Counted from the first letter of the stretch, positions 36,181 to 48,244 are shown. The stretch is DNA of 64,000 nucleotides from an uncultured virus (IMG/VR IMGVR_UViG_3300027963_000068) (IMGVR_UViG_3300027963_000068), one strand, 5' to 3'. Made by a program: numbers and translations. Notes: generated from the sequence alone by a model not told the origin.

Positions 36181-37764
36181 ATGCCTGCTATTATATCTGA
36201 TCAATTTAGAATATTAAATGCTGAAAATTTTACCAAAAGTATTGTTGGTATCGGTCAAACACTAAATCGTTATTATACATTTATCGGACAACCAAATTCG
36301 ACCGATCAAAGAGCTGGAGGATCTTTAAGTTGGGGAACTGGCCCATCTCCAGTGGATGGATTTAAAGAAGAGAATGATATTAAAGATACAATTATTGCTA
36401 TGAAGCAAGTTTCTAGCAGTGATATTCGTAGAGTGGTTAGAAAAATAATTTGGACTGCAGGAACAACTTATGAGATGTACAGACACGATTATAATATTTA
36501 CAACAAAACACCCATAACATCACAATCAAGTCTTTATGAATCTAATTATTATGTGATCAACGATGACCTTAGGGTTTATATTTGTCTTCAAAATGGATCT
36601 GATGCAGAAAATTTAAATGGGAGACCTTCATATGATAAACCTGAATTTATTGATTTGGAACCAAGATCTGCGGGAACTTCGGGTGATGGATATATTTGGA
36701 AATATCTATACACAATAAAACCTTCAGAAATTATCAAATTTGATTCAATCGAATATATTCCTGTTCCAGAAGATTGGGGAATTTCGGGTGAAAGTATTTC
36801 AACAAAAGCAAATGCAGTGGATGGAAGAATAAATTCTATTATAATTAAACAAAGAGGAATATCATACAATCCGACATCTTCAACATTCACCAACATTCCT
36901 ATTCTTGGAGACGGTAATGATGGAAAAGTGACAATTACGACCGATTCTTTTGGAAAAGTATCAGAAGTCTATATTACTGATGGTGGAAATGGTTATACTT
37001 ATGGCACTGTAAAATTTGAACCAGGTGCTCCAGGAATACCAACTTCATTGTCAAATGTTGGCGCAGGATTATCTTCTCTTGCATCTTTTGATGTAATTAT
37101 TCCACCAAAAGGTGGCCATGGATATGATATCTATAGAGAACTTGGTGCATATAGAGTTCTTATATATTCTAGATATGAAACTTTAGAATCAAACCCAGAT
37201 ATAATTTCTGGAAATGATTTTGCAAGAGTTGGTATTATAAAAAACCCAACAATTACCGGAAGTCAAGTAGAGCTTTTAAATACATCTATAGTAAGTGGAC
37301 TAAAAGCACTTAAATTTACCGGATCAGCAACAACTGCTACAACTTATGCAGTAGATTCAACAATTACGCAGACAGTTGGTGTTGGATCCACTGCAATTGG
37401 ATTTGTTGCGTCTTGGGATAATATTACCGGAGTATTAAAATATTATCAACCGGTTGGTTTAGCAACAACGTCTGTTGGATACAAACTTATAAACTTTACT
37501 TCAAGTCCAGCAACTGGAGGAAATTTGACAATATATGGTTCATCTATGAATGGGACAACACCATTATCAATCAATTCTGGATTTAGTGGCGTATCTACTA
37601 CAATTAATGGTAGAACATACCAACTTGGATTAACTTTCAATTCTGGTATTGCATCTGCAGAATATAATAAAAAGTCCGGAGAGATTATATACATAGATAA
37701 TAGATCTCCAATACCTAGGTCATCCAGTCAAAAGGAAGACATTAAAATTATACTAGAGTTTTAA
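36181..37764 (+). CDS. gp8: Baseplate wedge subunit gp8
   Basis: W..GTTY.MY, YYV.N....VYICL.N, DGYIWKYLYTI, SGEIIYIDNR.PI.R...QKEDIKIILEF. Confidence 0.93.
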   Translation: MPAIISDQFRILNAENFTKSIVGIGQTLNRYYTFIGQPNSTDQRAGGSLSWGTGPSPVDGFKEENDIKDTIIAMKQVSSSDIRRVVRKIIWTAGTTYEMYRHDYNIYNKTPITSQSSLYESNYYVINDDLRVYICLQNGSDAENLNGRPSYDKPEFIDLEPRSAGTSGDGYIWKYLYTIKPSEIIKFDSIEYIPVPEDWGISGESISTKANAVDGRINSIIIKQRGISYNPTSSTFTNIPILGDGNDGKVTITTDSFGKVSEVYITDGGNGYTYGTVKFEPGAPGIPTSLSNVGAGLSSLASFDVIIPPKGGHGYDIYRELGAYRVLIYSRYETLESNPDIISGNDFARVGIIKNPTITGSQVELLNTSIVSGLKALKFTGSATTATTYAVDSTITQTVGVGSTAIGFVASWDNITGVLKYYQPVGLATTSVGYKLINFTSSPATGGNLTIYGSSMNGTTPLSINSGFSGVSTTINGRTYQLGLTFNSGIASAEYNKKSGEIIYIDNRSPIPRSSSQKEDIKIILEF

Positions 37765-37769
37765 ATCAA

Positions 37770-40700
37770 ATGCCCCAAAAAACTAATTTAAACGTATCTC
37801 CGTATTTTGATGATTTTGAAGAATCAAAAAATTATCAAAAAGTTTTATTTAAACCGGGTTCCCCAGTTCAGGCAAGAGAATTAACAACATTACAAACAAT
37901 ACTTCAAAATCAAATAGAAAAATTCGGAAATCATTTCTTCAAAGAAGGAGCAATGGTAATTCCTGGCCAAATTGCTTATGATTCAGAATATGCCTGTGTT
38001 CAAATTGATGAAACGCATTTGGGACTTCCTATTTCTTTATATCTAGAAAATCTTGTAGGAAAATTAATTCAAGGAGAAATTAGTGGGGTAAAGGCAAAAA
38101 TTGAAAATTATGTATCAAATAATGATACAAATATAACATACAATACTTTATACATAAAATACCAAAGTTCAAGTGATACTAATTTTTCAACTGCAACTTT
38201 TGTTGATGGAGAAAATTTAATAGCATTAGAGGATATTACATATTCTTTATCGACAATTAGGAATGGTACATCTTTTGCTACAACGATTATATCAAATTCT
38301 ACCGCAGTAGGTTCTGCCGCAAAAATTGCAGAAGGAATATATTTTATTAGAGGTTTTTTCCTAAAAATAAATTCAGAAACAGTTATACTAGATTATTATA
38401 CAAATAAACCATCTTATAGAGTTGGTTTATTGATTGATGAAGATATCGTCGTCGCATCAGACGAATATAAAGATCTATTTGATAATGCTCAAGGGTTTTC
38501 GAATTATGCAGCTCCTGGTGCAGATAGATTAAAAATATCTACTTCATTGATTAAAAAATCAATTGATGAATTTAATGATGAAAATTTCATTGAACTTCTT
38601 AGACTAGAAAATGGAATTTTACAAAAATTTGTAAAAACGACAAATTATAATTTAATTAGAGATGAACTTGCAAGAAGAACATATGACGAATCTGGAGACT
38701 ATTATGTAAAACCATTTGATATTGTGGAAAAGGAATGCTTAAATGATCAAATTGGAAATAATGGAATATATTTAAAAAATCAAAAAACAAGTCAAGGAAA
38801 TACAGTCTCTGACAATTTGCTGTGTCTATCAGTTGGTCCCGGAAAGGCATATGTAAGGGGATATGAAGTAGAAACAATTAATAATACAATAATTGATGTA
38901 GAAAAACCAAGATCTACTTCTAATGATTACAATCAAGCAATACCTTTTAATTTAGGAAGGCAAATTATTGTTAATAACGTTTCGGGATCAGTTCCCGTTG
39001 GTTTTGGAGTGTCGTCACTAGTAAATTTACACCAAGGAAGAACAGTATCTGTAGGTATTGCATCTGATTTAAAAATAGGTGTTGCAAGAATATATGATTT
39101 AAAATTAAAAAATGCCGAATATACAAATGCAGCAACACAATATGAAATATCTTTATATGATGTTCAAACTTATACAATTTTAAATTTAAATGCAACCATA
39201 TCTCAAACAGTTCCTGCACATATTCGAGGAAAAAATAGTGGAGCGACAGGATATCTTGTTGGCACTGTATCTTCTTCAAAAGAACTAACATTATATCAAG
39301 TTTCTGGTTCTTTTGCAAAAGATGAGCAAATTGAAATTAACGGAATAGATAATGGCCGAACAATTACTTCGTCTCGTGATTTTAATTTTTCAGATGTTCA
39401 TCAAATAGTCGGTAATGGAGTAACATTTACAGCAGATCCACTACTTTCTAATTCGATTCTTTTGTCTCCTTCAGGATCACAATTTACAATTTCTGTTGCA
39501 TCTGGAGGAATAAGTTCAGTAACAAATTCAAATTCAAATTTTTATGTTGGAATCAATACTGGAGATGTAGTTTCATACACCAAACAAGGTGAAATTGTAC
39601 CAACATATAATAAAGTACACAGAATAAGCACCACTGCAAAGGTAATTGAATTAAAATCATTTCCTTCTGTTTCTGGTATTTGTAGTGGAAGTTTGCCATC
39701 TTCAACAATAACTACAAATGATTTTAAAAAAGTTACTCTAGAAATTTTAAATAATATAAAAAATATTGGTCTTTATACAAAATTAAATAAATCAAATATA
39801 TCAAATTTAGATTTAATTGGATCTGATGTAGTGATTAGAAAAAGTTATAATGTAACAATTAGTGGTAATGGATTATCACAATTACTAGAAAGTGACCCAA
39901 ATTTAACTCTTGAACCATTTGACGAAGAAGATTACAATTTAGCATTTAGTAATGGAGTAATAGAATCACTAACTGACCAAAAACTTGTTCCTAGTGGAAG
40001 AACTGTAACATTACAGAATATTAGCCAAAACGGAAATGCAGTTTTGACTACTACATTTAAAAAAATAAACGTAAAAACAAAGAAAAAAACACATAATAGA
40101 TGTTCTTCTATAATTGTCAATAAATCATCACTTCAAGGATCTGGAATTGGATCAACCGCATTGAATGATGGATTAATATATGGTCAAATATACGGAACAA
40201 GAGTGCAGGATAAAGAAATTTCATTAAATATTTCAGATGTATCCGAAATTGTTGGAATTATTGAATCTTCGACTACTGGCGACCCATCACTACCATTTAT
40301 TCAGTTAACAAATTTATCTTCAAATATTTTAAATTCCGTAAAGGGAGAATTAATTATTGGACAAATAAGTGGTGCAGTTGCTGTTTTAATTTCTTCAAAT
40401 GGAACAAATCAAGTAGATATTGTTTATCAAAATGAAAATATATTTGCCACAAACGAATCTATAAGTTTCCAAGAATCTAATATACAAGCAAATGTATTGT
40501 TTGCATTTCCCGGAGATAAAAATATTAAAAATAATTATATTTTTGATTCTGGACAAAGGTCAGATTATCTGGATTTTTCTAAAATCATTAGAAAACCACA
40601 ATTTTCAGGTCCGATAAAAAAAATTAAAATCATTTATAATCATTTTACAATAAATTCTTCTGATACCGGAGATTTTGTTGGAGTAAATTCTTACGACAAA

Positions 40701-43700
40701 GACATATACGGAAAACTAAAGTCGGTCGATGGTATCAGACTTTCTGATATAATTGATTGTAGGCCAAGAGTGACACCATTTAGTGGTTCTTCAACATCAC
40801 CATTTGAGTTTTCTTCACGAATATTTGTTTCAACCACAAGTTCCTCCACTAATATTTTTGCAAAATCCAAAAATATCAATCTTTCTTATGATTATTATTT
40901 GCCAAGAATTGATAAAATCTTTTTGGATAAAGATGGTTCCTTTATAGTCAATAAAGGTGTTCCTTCTTTGACTCCACAAATTCCAAATAATTTAGATTCT
41001 TCTTTAGAAATTGGTACAATTTATTTGCCTGCATATTTGCACAATGTGTCTAGTGTTAAGACCAATTTAGTATCTCACAAAAGATACAGAATGAAAGATA
41101 TTTCAAGTTTGGATCAAAGATTGTCAAATGTGGAATACTACACTTCGCTATCTCTTCTTGAAAGTGATACACAAAATCTTACAATCAGAGATAAAACAAC
41201 ACAACTTGATAGATTTAAATGTGGTTTTTTTGTAGATAATTTTAAATCATATAATGGTGGTGATATTTCTAATCCAGCATATAGAGCAAGTGTAGATGTT
41301 GCTGTTGGTGAATTGAATCCACAACCGTACACGACAAGTATTGATCTTTTGATTGGATCAGATTCTGTAATTGGTATTGGCACTCAATCCAATGCAGATG
41401 CGGATTTAAGATTTGTGAGTGATTTAGGATCCCCAAATATTAAAAGAGTTGGAGATATTGTATGTCTAAATTATTCAGATGTAGAATATGTAAAAAATAA
41501 ATTTGCCACAAGAATTGAAAATATAAATCCATTTAATGTTATTAATTGGATTGGTGCAATTGAACTAAATCCATCATCAGATACGTGGATAGAAACGAGA
41601 AATTCACAAAGAACAGCAGATATAGAAGGTAGTTATAACTCTTTTATTCAACAATTGGGCGTTGATACAAACACTGGTTTGTCTCCAACTGATTGGGGAT
41701 CTTGGGAAACAAATTGGACCGGTACACAAACGAGCGGAAGGCAACAAATTGCTAGTATTCAAAATGGAAGTTCTTTTCTTTCCGAATCCTCATTTCAAAG
41801 TGGTGGATTTACAAATGATGGCCAAAACTTTGGAATCCCAATTACCACAGCACAAACATTCCAAGATAGTTTTACCAATTTCTCAAATGAAACAACTACA
41901 ACTACTACCAATCAAAGTAGGCAAGGAATACAATTTGGCGTTTCGCAAAGATTTGATACAACAAATCTAGGAGATAGAGTTGTATCTAGGGAAGTTTTGT
42001 CATTTATGAGATCAAGAAATATTGAAATTATTGCAAGAAGATTAAAACCAAATACTAGAATTTATGCATTTTTTGATAATATTAATATGACATCGTATGT
42101 AACTCCTAAACTTTTGGAAGTTACTATGACGAATGGGTCATTTTCGGTTGGTGAAGTTGTTGTTGGTTCTCTTGGATCAAAAACAATAAGATTTAGGGTA
42201 GCAACTCAAAATCACAAATATGGTCCATATAATTTGCCAACACAAACATATACAGTAGATCCATATAATCCATCAAATTCACTTTCTTCGCAATATTCCT
42301 CAACAACTTCAATTTTAAATATTGATACTGCAAGTTTGGAAATTCAATCTTCTTCTGGTTTTTATGGGCAAATTGTGTCCGGAATGCGTCTTGTTGGACA
42401 AACTAGTGGTGCAATATGTAATGTAAAAGATTTAAGATTAATTAGTGATAATAGTGGTACACTTATAGCATCATTGTTTATTCCCGATCCAACAATTCCA
42501 TCAACACCAACATTTAGAACTGGAACAAAAACACTCAAGTTAACAACAAGTGAGGTAAACAGCACAATATCTGGATTTACTGATAGTTCTGCTGAAGCTA
42601 ATTTTGCATCTAGTGGTACTTTAGATAATGTTGAAGCAACAACATTAAGAATTAGAAATGCAGACATTTCAAGAAATGTGAGAACAGACAATCGAGAAAC
42701 TACAGAAACAGATACAAGAATTGTTGCAGATACCTCATTTACAAATAGGACAGTAACAAATACTAGATGGGTAGACCCATTAGCACAATCATTTGAAGTT
42801 GCTGATTCGAATGGTGTATATATTACAAAATGTGATATATTCTTTAAATCAAAATCAACAAATAATATTCCAGTAACTCTTCAAGTAAGAACGATGACAA
42901 CTGGTTTACCAACACAAACAATTCTTCCATTTGGAGAAGTTGTATTGGAACCAAATGAAATATTAATTTCAGAAGATGGATCAATACCAACAACCTTTAC
43001 TTTTCCGTCACCAGTATATCTTGAAACTGCAAATGCATATTCGCTCGTTTTGCTTTCTGCATCTGACCAATATACTGTTTGGATTTCAAGAATGGGGGAA
43101 CCAGATATATCTACTCTTCTTAAACCAGAATCAGAAAGAGTTATTGTTTCGCAGCAACCACTTTTAGGATCATTATTTAAATCACAAAATGGAGCTACTT
43201 GGGACCCAAGTCAATATGAAGATTTGAAATTTACATTATATCGTGCAAATTTTACAACAAGTTCTTCAAATATAAGATTTTATAATCCAATTTTGGATAT
43301 AGGAAATAATCAAATTGTTTCTTTAAGACAAAATCCAATTCAAATGTTTGCAAATAGTACATTGGTCGGTATTGGAACAAGCATTAGTAGTGCAGATCAA
43401 AATTTATTAGTAAAAGGAACCAAAATTACACAAAAAAATAATTCTAATTTTTCTTCAAACTTAATAAGTGTATTGGGTGGAATTTCTACCGGATCAACAG
43501 GAACGTTGACGATTACAAATCCCGGAATTGGATACACAAATGGTCCAATAACATATTCAAATGTCGATTTGACTACTATAACCGGAAATGGTATAGGCGC
43601 AAAAGCAAATTTATCAGTTAGTGGAGGTGTTGCAATTGCAGCAACAGTTACTGTTTCTGGTATTGGTTACGGAATTGGAGATGTGCTTAGCATTGTTTCA

Positions 43701-45269
43701 ACAAATACTGGAGGGTTGGGAAAAAATCTTCTATTATCAGTTCCAAATAATGCTGGAATTATCACTTCAGTAAATGCTCTAATAATTGGAAATATTCAAG
43801 GAACACTTGACACTAGTGATGCTACAAAATATATTCAATATACTACAACAGTAGGAATTACAACAATAGTTAATGGAAATGCAACATCATCAAATTCAAT
43901 TTCGACTGGATTAAAATTCAAAGTAAATCACAATAATCACGGAATGTACTCATTCCAAAATAAAGTCACATTAAGTGGTATTGAATCTGACGTTTCTCCT
44001 GTAAGATTGGCATCTGATTATAATTCATCTTCAACTGATGCGATGGTATTGTCTGATGTTAGTGTCTTTAATAATTTTGAAAATTATCCTGTTGGTGCTG
44101 CAAATACGGGGTATATTTCAATCAAAGAAGAAATTATTGGATATACTGGTGTAAATGAATCCACAAAAACATTAACGGGTATAATAAGAGGTCCAGTATC
44201 TGGTTCGTATGTTGCGAATGAAATTGTATCAAAATATGAATTAAATGGTGTTTCTTTAAAAAGAATTAATAAAACACATAGTATTTCTGGTTCAGATCCT
44301 ATAGATCTAGATGAGTATACAATTGTACTAGACCCAAGTGCAGATGGATTAAATAGAAGCAACGGAAACCCTGGTGGATATCCATCTTTATATTTTAATG
44401 AATCAAAATCTGGAGGATCATATCAATCCATTATTCCTACCACTTCAAACTTTAAAGGACCAAAAGCAACACAAAATATTTCTTTTAACATAATAAAACC
44501 AAATATTCAAACATTAATGCCTTCTACAACATCAATAAGTTGTAAAATTAGGACATTTTCTGGAAATAGTGTTGGTGGAAATGCAATACCATATGTCGAT
44601 CAAGGTTTTGAAGATGTTTCTTTGACATCTGATTATGTATTATCGTCCCCAAGAATTATTGCATCAAGAGTAAATGAATTAGAATATCTTTCTAGTTATC
44701 CTGGAAGTAAATCATTTACACTTGAACTTCAATTTTCTACTGGTGACCCAAAAGTATCACCAATGATCGATCTTGATAGAGTTAATGTGATTACTGTGAT
44801 GACTAGATTGAATAAACCAGTCACAAATTATGCTACAGATTCAAGAGTAAATAGTTTATTTGATGACCCTCACGCTGCAATCTATGTTTCTAAAACAATC
44901 AATCTAAAACAATCATCTGATAGCCTAAAAGTTTTATTTGATGCTTATAGAGATAATACAAGCGACATAAGAGTTATGTATAGATTGTTAAGATCAGATT
45001 CTGCATCCCAACAACAACTTTTTGATTTATTTCCCGGATATGATAATTTAGACAATAATGATTTTGTAATTGATCCAAAAAATAACAGCGGAAGATCTGA
45101 CAAATTTGTAATTCCTTCCACGAATATTTCAGATTTTGGAAGTTATGAATTTAGTGCAGATAATCTTCCATTATTTAATGGTTTTCAAATTAAAATTTTA
45201 ATGTCTGGAACAAATCAAGCATTATATCCAAGAATTAAAGATTTGAGAGTTATTGCATCAAAATCATGA
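37770..45269 (+). CDS. Large virion structural protein (VrlC/DUF4815-like), 2499 aa
   Basis: NLNVSPYFDDF, VLFKPG.PVQARELTTLQ, APGADRLK, LARRTYDESGDY, DPLAQSF. Confidence 0.88.
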   Translation: MPQKTNLNVSPYFDDFEESKNYQKVLFKPGSPVQARELTTLQTILQNQIEKFGNHFFKEGAMVIPGQIAYDSEYACVQIDETHLGLPISLYLENLVGKLIQGEISGVKAKIENYVSNNDTNITYNTLYIKYQSSSDTNFSTATFVDGENLIALEDITYSLSTIRNGTSFATTIISNSTAVGSAAKIAEGIYFIRGFFLKINSETVILDYYTNKPSYRVGLLIDEDIVVASDEYKDLFDNAQGFSNYAAPGADRLKISTSLIKKSIDEFNDENFIELLRLENGILQKFVKTTNYNLIRDELARRTYDESGDYYVKPFDIVEKECLNDQIGNNGIYLKNQKTSQGNTVSDNLLCLSVGPGKAYVRGYEVETINNTIIDVEKPRSTSNDYNQAIPFNLGRQIIVNNVSGSVPVGFGVSSLVNLHQGRTVSVGIASDLKIGVARIYDLKLKNAEYTNAATQYEISLYDVQTYTILNLNATISQTVPAHIRGKNSGATGYLVGTVSSSKELTLYQVSGSFAKDEQIEINGIDNGRTITSSRDFNFSDVHQIVGNGVTFTADPLLSNSILLSPSGSQFTISVASGGISSVTNSNSNFYVGINTGDVVSYTKQGEIVPTYNKVHRISTTAKVIELKSFPSVSGICSGSLPSSTITTNDFKKVTLEILNNIKNIGLYTKLNKSNISNLDLIGSDVVIRKSYNVTISGNGLSQLLESDPNLTLEPFDEEDYNLAFSNGVIESLTDQKLVPSGRTVTLQNISQNGNAVLTTTFKKINVKTKKKTHNRCSSIIVNKSSLQGSGIGSTALNDGLIYGQIYGTRVQDKEISLNISDVSEIVGIIESSTTGDPSLPFIQLTNLSSNILNSVKGELIIGQISGAVAVLISSNGTNQVDIVYQNENIFATNESISFQESNIQANVLFAFPGDKNIKNNYIFDSGQRSDYLDFSKIIRKPQFSGPIKKIKIIYNHFTINSSDTGDFVGVNSYDKDIYGKLKSVDGIRLSDIIDCRPRVTPFSGSSTSPFEFSSRIFVSTTSSSTNIFAKSKNINLSYDYYLPRIDKIFLDKDGSFIVNKGVPSLTPQIPNNLDSSLEIGTIYLPAYLHNVSSVKTNLVSHKRYRMKDISSLDQRLSNVEYYTSLSLLESDTQNLTIRDKTTQLDRFKCGFFVDNFKSYNGGDISNPAYRASVDVAVGELNPQPYTTSIDLLIGSDSVIGIGTQSNADADLRFVSDLGSPNIKRVGDIVCLNYSDVEYVKNKFATRIENINPFNVINWIGAIELNPSSDTWIETRNSQRTADIEGSYNSFIQQLGVDTNTGLSPTDWGSWETNWTGTQTSGRQQIASIQNGSSFLSESSFQSGGFTNDGQNFGIPITTAQTFQDSFTNFSNETTTTTTNQSRQGIQFGVSQRFDTTNLGDRVVSREVLSFMRSRNIEIIARRLKPNTRIYAFFDNINMTSYVTPKLLEVTMTNGSFSVGEVVVGSLGSKTIRFRVATQNHKYGPYNLPTQTYTVDPYNPSNSLSSQYSSTTSILNIDTASLEIQSSSGFYGQIVSGMRLVGQTSGAICNVKDLRLISDNSGTLIASLFIPDPTIPSTPTFRTGTKTLKLTTSEVNSTISGFTDSSAEANFASSGTLDNVEATTLRIRNADISRNVRTDNRETTETDTRIVADTSFTNRTVTNTRWVDPLAQSFEVADSNGVYITKCDIFFKSKSTNNIPVTLQVRTMTTGLPTQTILPFGEVVLEPNEILISEDGSIPTTFTFPSPVYLETANAYSLVLLSASDQYTVWISRMGEPDISTLLKPESERVIVSQQPLLGSLFKSQNGATWDPSQYEDLKFTLYRANFTTSSSNIRFYNPILDIGNNQIVSLRQNPIQMFANSTLVGIGTSISSADQNLLVKGTKITQKNNSNFSSNLISVLGGISTGSTGTLTITNPGIGYTNGPITYSNVDLTTITGNGIGAKANLSVSGGVAIAATVTVSGIGYGIGDVLSIVSTNTGGLGKNLLLSVPNNAGIITSVNALIIGNIQGTLDTSDATKYIQYTTTVGITTIVNGNATSSNSISTGLKFKVNHNNHGMYSFQNKVTLSGIESDVSPVRLASDYNSSSTDAMVLSDVSVFNNFENYPVGAANTGYISIKEEIIGYTGVNESTKTLTGIIRGPVSGSYVANEIVSKYELNGVSLKRINKTHSISGSDPIDLDEYTIVLDPSADGLNRSNGNPGGYPSLYFNESKSGGSYQSIIPTTSNFKGPKATQNISFNIIKPNIQTLMPSTTSISCKIRTFSGNSVGGNAIPYVDQGFEDVSLTSDYVLSSPRIIASRVNELEYLSSYPGSKSFTLELQFSTGDPKVSPMIDLDRVNVITVMTRLNKPVTNYATDSRVNSLFDDPHAAIYVSKTINLKQSSDSLKVLFDAYRDNTSDIRVMYRLLRSDSASQQQLFDLFPGYDNLDNNDFVIDPKNNSGRSDKFVIPSTNISDFGSYEFSADNLPLFNGFQIKILMSGTNQALYPRIKDLRVIASKS

Positions 45270-45484
45270 TACCAGTAAAAGATCATAATTTTTTGTTTAG
45301 GGACGAAAAAACTAATGCAATTATTAATTGCTCAAGTCTTGACTATCAAAAATATCTAAAAGCAAAAGAAGATAAAATGAAAGAAATTGGAAAATCAAAA
45401 CAAATAGAAGAAGATGTAATAAAGATTAAAAATGATATTGACGAAATAAAAGATTTATTAAAGAAATTAATATTATCTAAATGA
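45266..45484 (+). CDS. Conserved small hypothetical protein
   Basis: L.RD..TNAIIN and C-terminal coiled coil; ATGA overlap. Confidence 0.75.
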   Translation: MIPVKDHNFLFRDEKTNAIINCSSLDYQKYLKAKEDKMKEIGKSKQIEEDVIKIKNDIDEIKDLLKKLILSK

Positions 45485-45517
45485 TAAATATATTAGAAAG
45501 TAGTATATTTACATTCA

Positions 45518-45856
45518 ATGGCAGCATATGTTAGTAACATAGTAATTGATGTTGGATCTGATTTTAATCAGACATTTTATCTTGAGACTACTTCGAATAC
45601 ACCATTAAATTTGACTGGATATACTGCTACTTCAAAAATGAAGAAGCATCCCTCATCTAGTTCTACTGCTGCCACATTTATTATTTCCTTTCCTGGTCCA
45701 AGTAATGGATCATTGACAATATCTTTGGGTTCAACAATAACCTCAGGGTTAAAACCAGGAAGATATTGTTATGATATATTATTAAATAACGGATCAGTAA
45801 AAACTAGAGTCGTTGAAGGTAGCGCACTTGTTACTGCTGGAATTACCACAGGATAA
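45518..45856 (+). CDS. Putative virion structural protein
   Basis: NIVIDVGSDF, LNLTGY, GRYCYDI, RVVEG; ATAAATA upstream. Confidence 0.75.
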   Translation: MAAYVSNIVIDVGSDFNQTFYLETTSNTPLNLTGYTATSKMKKHPSSSSTAATFIISFPGPSNGSLTISLGSTITSGLKPGRYCYDILLNNGSVKTRVVEGSALVTAGITTG

Positions 45857-45861
45857 TAAAA

Positions 45862-46089
45862 ATGGCAGACATAAAAGTCAGAGTTGGTTCTCAAAATGCT
45901 ATTAAAGTTATATCTTCTCTTTCCGGTACAACTGGAACTTTAGCTGGATTGGATGATGTTGATATATCGGGCGGATTATTGAATGGGATGGTCATAGTAT
46001 ATAATTCTACAATATCTAAGTGGGAAGCAACTTTAAATTTAACACCAGGCAATACCCAAAATTTGGACATCAACGGAGGTAACTTTTAA
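45862..46089 (+). CDS. Small hypothetical virion-associated protein
   Basis: L.GLDDVD...VYN....KW motif; ends INGGNF. Confidence 0.7.
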   Translation: MADIKVRVGSQNAIKVISSLSGTTGTLAGLDDVDISGGLLNGMVIVYNSTISKWEATLNLTPGNTQNLDINGGNF

Positions 46090-48242
46090 TGGCAAGTATA
46101 ATTAGAGTTAAAAGGTCCACAGGAACAATTGCTCCGGCAACTCTTAATTATGGGGAACTTGGTCTTACAATTGGGGTTGGAACGCATGGCAATAGTGGTG
46201 GTAGATTATTTGTAGGAGACAACTCATCCAACCCACTAGTAGTTGGTGGTAGATACTATACAGACCTTTTAAGCATTGCTCCTGGATTAGTTGCGGGTCA
46301 ATCAAATCCAACAACTGCGGCAAATGGATTTGTTGCTATCCTTGACAGTAATCGTAAAGTCAATCAGTGGAACGTAGATAATATTACGATTGATTTAAAT
46401 ACAATTTCATCTACAAACGTAGATGGGGATATAAATTTAGATCCAAATGGAACTGGTGAAATTGTAATCCCAGACGACACATATTTAACATTTGGAACTA
46501 GTAAAGATGTAAAATTAAGATATGATGAATTAACCGACGATAGATTTGAAATTGAAGGTGCTGATTGGAATTTTGCAAATAATGTTGCAATTAGCATTAG
46601 CGATACTACTGCTTCAACAACTCCTACGACCGGAGCTCTTACAGTTGCTGGTGGTGTTGGTTTTGCTACTCATCTAAATGTTGGTGGAAATGTAGATATT
46701 GATTTAGATTTAAATGTTGATGGTGGAGATATAACCACAAATCTAACAGCATTTAATTTACTAAATGCAAATGCAACAACAGTTAATGCCTTTGGTGCTG
46801 GTACTAGTATTGTAATTGGTGCTACGACAGGTATTGCAACCATTCGTAATGCGACTTTAAGTGTTCCAAATGCGACCACACTAAATCTTGGTGCAACATC
46901 TTCTGCAACAAGTGTTAATTTTCAAAGCACTCCAAACACTTCTTTTGTTTCGATTGCCGCAACTACAAATGCAACAACTACAACATCTGGTGCATTAAGA
47001 GTTGCCGGTGGTGTTGGAATTGTAAGTAATGTTTATATTGGCGGAATTTTAAATGTAACAGGAAATCAATCTGGTTCAAATTTAACACTCACAGGAAACC
47101 TTCAAGTTGATGGTAATACAACTCTAGGAAACGCCTCAGGCGATGTTGTAACCATCACAGGTTCGATTAATCATACCGGACCTCTTACCAATACTGGTGG
47201 GGTTACGATTGATAATATTGGAATTAGTTCAAATGTAATTTCAACTAGATCTGGTGGCGGAAATATATTATACATTGATCCATATCCTGATGGATTAAGT
47301 AATGAAGGAATGGTCGTTATTAAAGGCGATCTTCAAGTTGATGGAACCACAACTACAGTAAATTCAAGTAATGTTACTGTAAATGATGCAATTCTATCAC
47401 TTGGCGAAGTTACAAGTGTAAGAACCGTAGTTGCAACAGTTGCATCTGGCGTATCTACAATTTCTTTGGATTCTGTTGTTGGTATTAATACTGGTGATAT
47501 TATTACTGGTAATGCTGCTTTACCAAATAGTGGACTGACTACGATTACAGCATATAATACATCCACAAAGATTATTACAATTACTGGAACTACAAGTTCC
47601 GGAATTAGTACAACATCACAATTAACAGTAATACACGCTTATGATACAAATACCGATAGAGGTATTTCTTTTGATTATAATACCGGTGTAGGAACTGCAA
47701 ATAATAAAACAGGATTTTTTGGTTATCACGATACAACTAATAGTGGAAGTGCTGCACCAGTAAGATCTTGGACCTATGTACCAGATGCAACAAATTCAAA
47801 TAATGTTATAACCGGAACCAGAGGTTATTTAGATATTAAAGGAATTTATTATCAAACTGGTGATTTTAATACTCACGGTGTTGTATTCTTTGATAATGAT
47901 GGACTTCAAACTTCTACTAATAATCCATCCACAGCATCAAGCACCAGAACTTCTACTCAAATTTTAACTGCTGTTACTGAAATTAATTTATCTCTTCCAT
48001 CATCTACATCAGTAACAGCTGGTGATCAAGTAACACAAGTCAATAATAGTGGGGCATATGGTGTGGTTAAAACTACTGTTTCTGGAACAACAATTACATT
48101 AATTGGTGTCCAGGGAACATTTGACACTACAAATGATTTGAAGGTAAATGGTGCAAATATTTCAATAATACCAGGAACAGTAACAACAATATATACAAAT
48201 AAACCAATGTGGACTGATACTTTGGACGGAGGGACATTCTAA
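46089..48242 (+). CDS. Tail fibre-like structural protein
   Basis: IRVKRS...P..L..GEL N-terminus, GAL.VAGGVG repeats, GDLQVDGTTTTVN, ends LDGGTF. Confidence 0.75.
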   Translation: MASIIRVKRSTGTIAPATLNYGELGLTIGVGTHGNSGGRLFVGDNSSNPLVVGGRYYTDLLSIAPGLVAGQSNPTTAANGFVAILDSNRKVNQWNVDNITIDLNTISSTNVDGDINLDPNGTGEIVIPDDTYLTFGTSKDVKLRYDELTDDRFEIEGADWNFANNVAISISDTTASTTPTTGALTVAGGVGFATHLNVGGNVDIDLDLNVDGGDITTNLTAFNLLNANATTVNAFGAGTSIVIGATTGIATIRNATLSVPNATTLNLGATSSATSVNFQSTPNTSFVSIAATTNATTTTSGALRVAGGVGIVSNVYIGGILNVTGNQSGSNLTLTGNLQVDGNTTLGNASGDVVTITGSINHTGPLTNTGGVTIDNIGISSNVISTRSGGGNILYIDPYPDGLSNEGMVVIKGDLQVDGTTTTVNSSNVTVNDAILSLGEVTSVRTVVATVASGVSTISLDSVVGINTGDIITGNAALPNSGLTTITAYNTSTKIITITGTTSSGISTTSQLTVIHAYDTNTDRGISFDYNTGVGTANNKTGFFGYHDTTNSGSAAPVRSWTYVPDATNSNNVITGTRGYLDIKGIYYQTGDFNTHGVVFFDNDGLQTSTNNPSTASSTRTSTQILTAVTEINLSLPSSTSVTAGDQVTQVNNSGAYGVVKTTVSGTTITLIGVQGTFDTTNDLKVNGANISIIPGTVTTIYTNKPMWTDTLDGGTF

Positions 48243-48244
48243 TT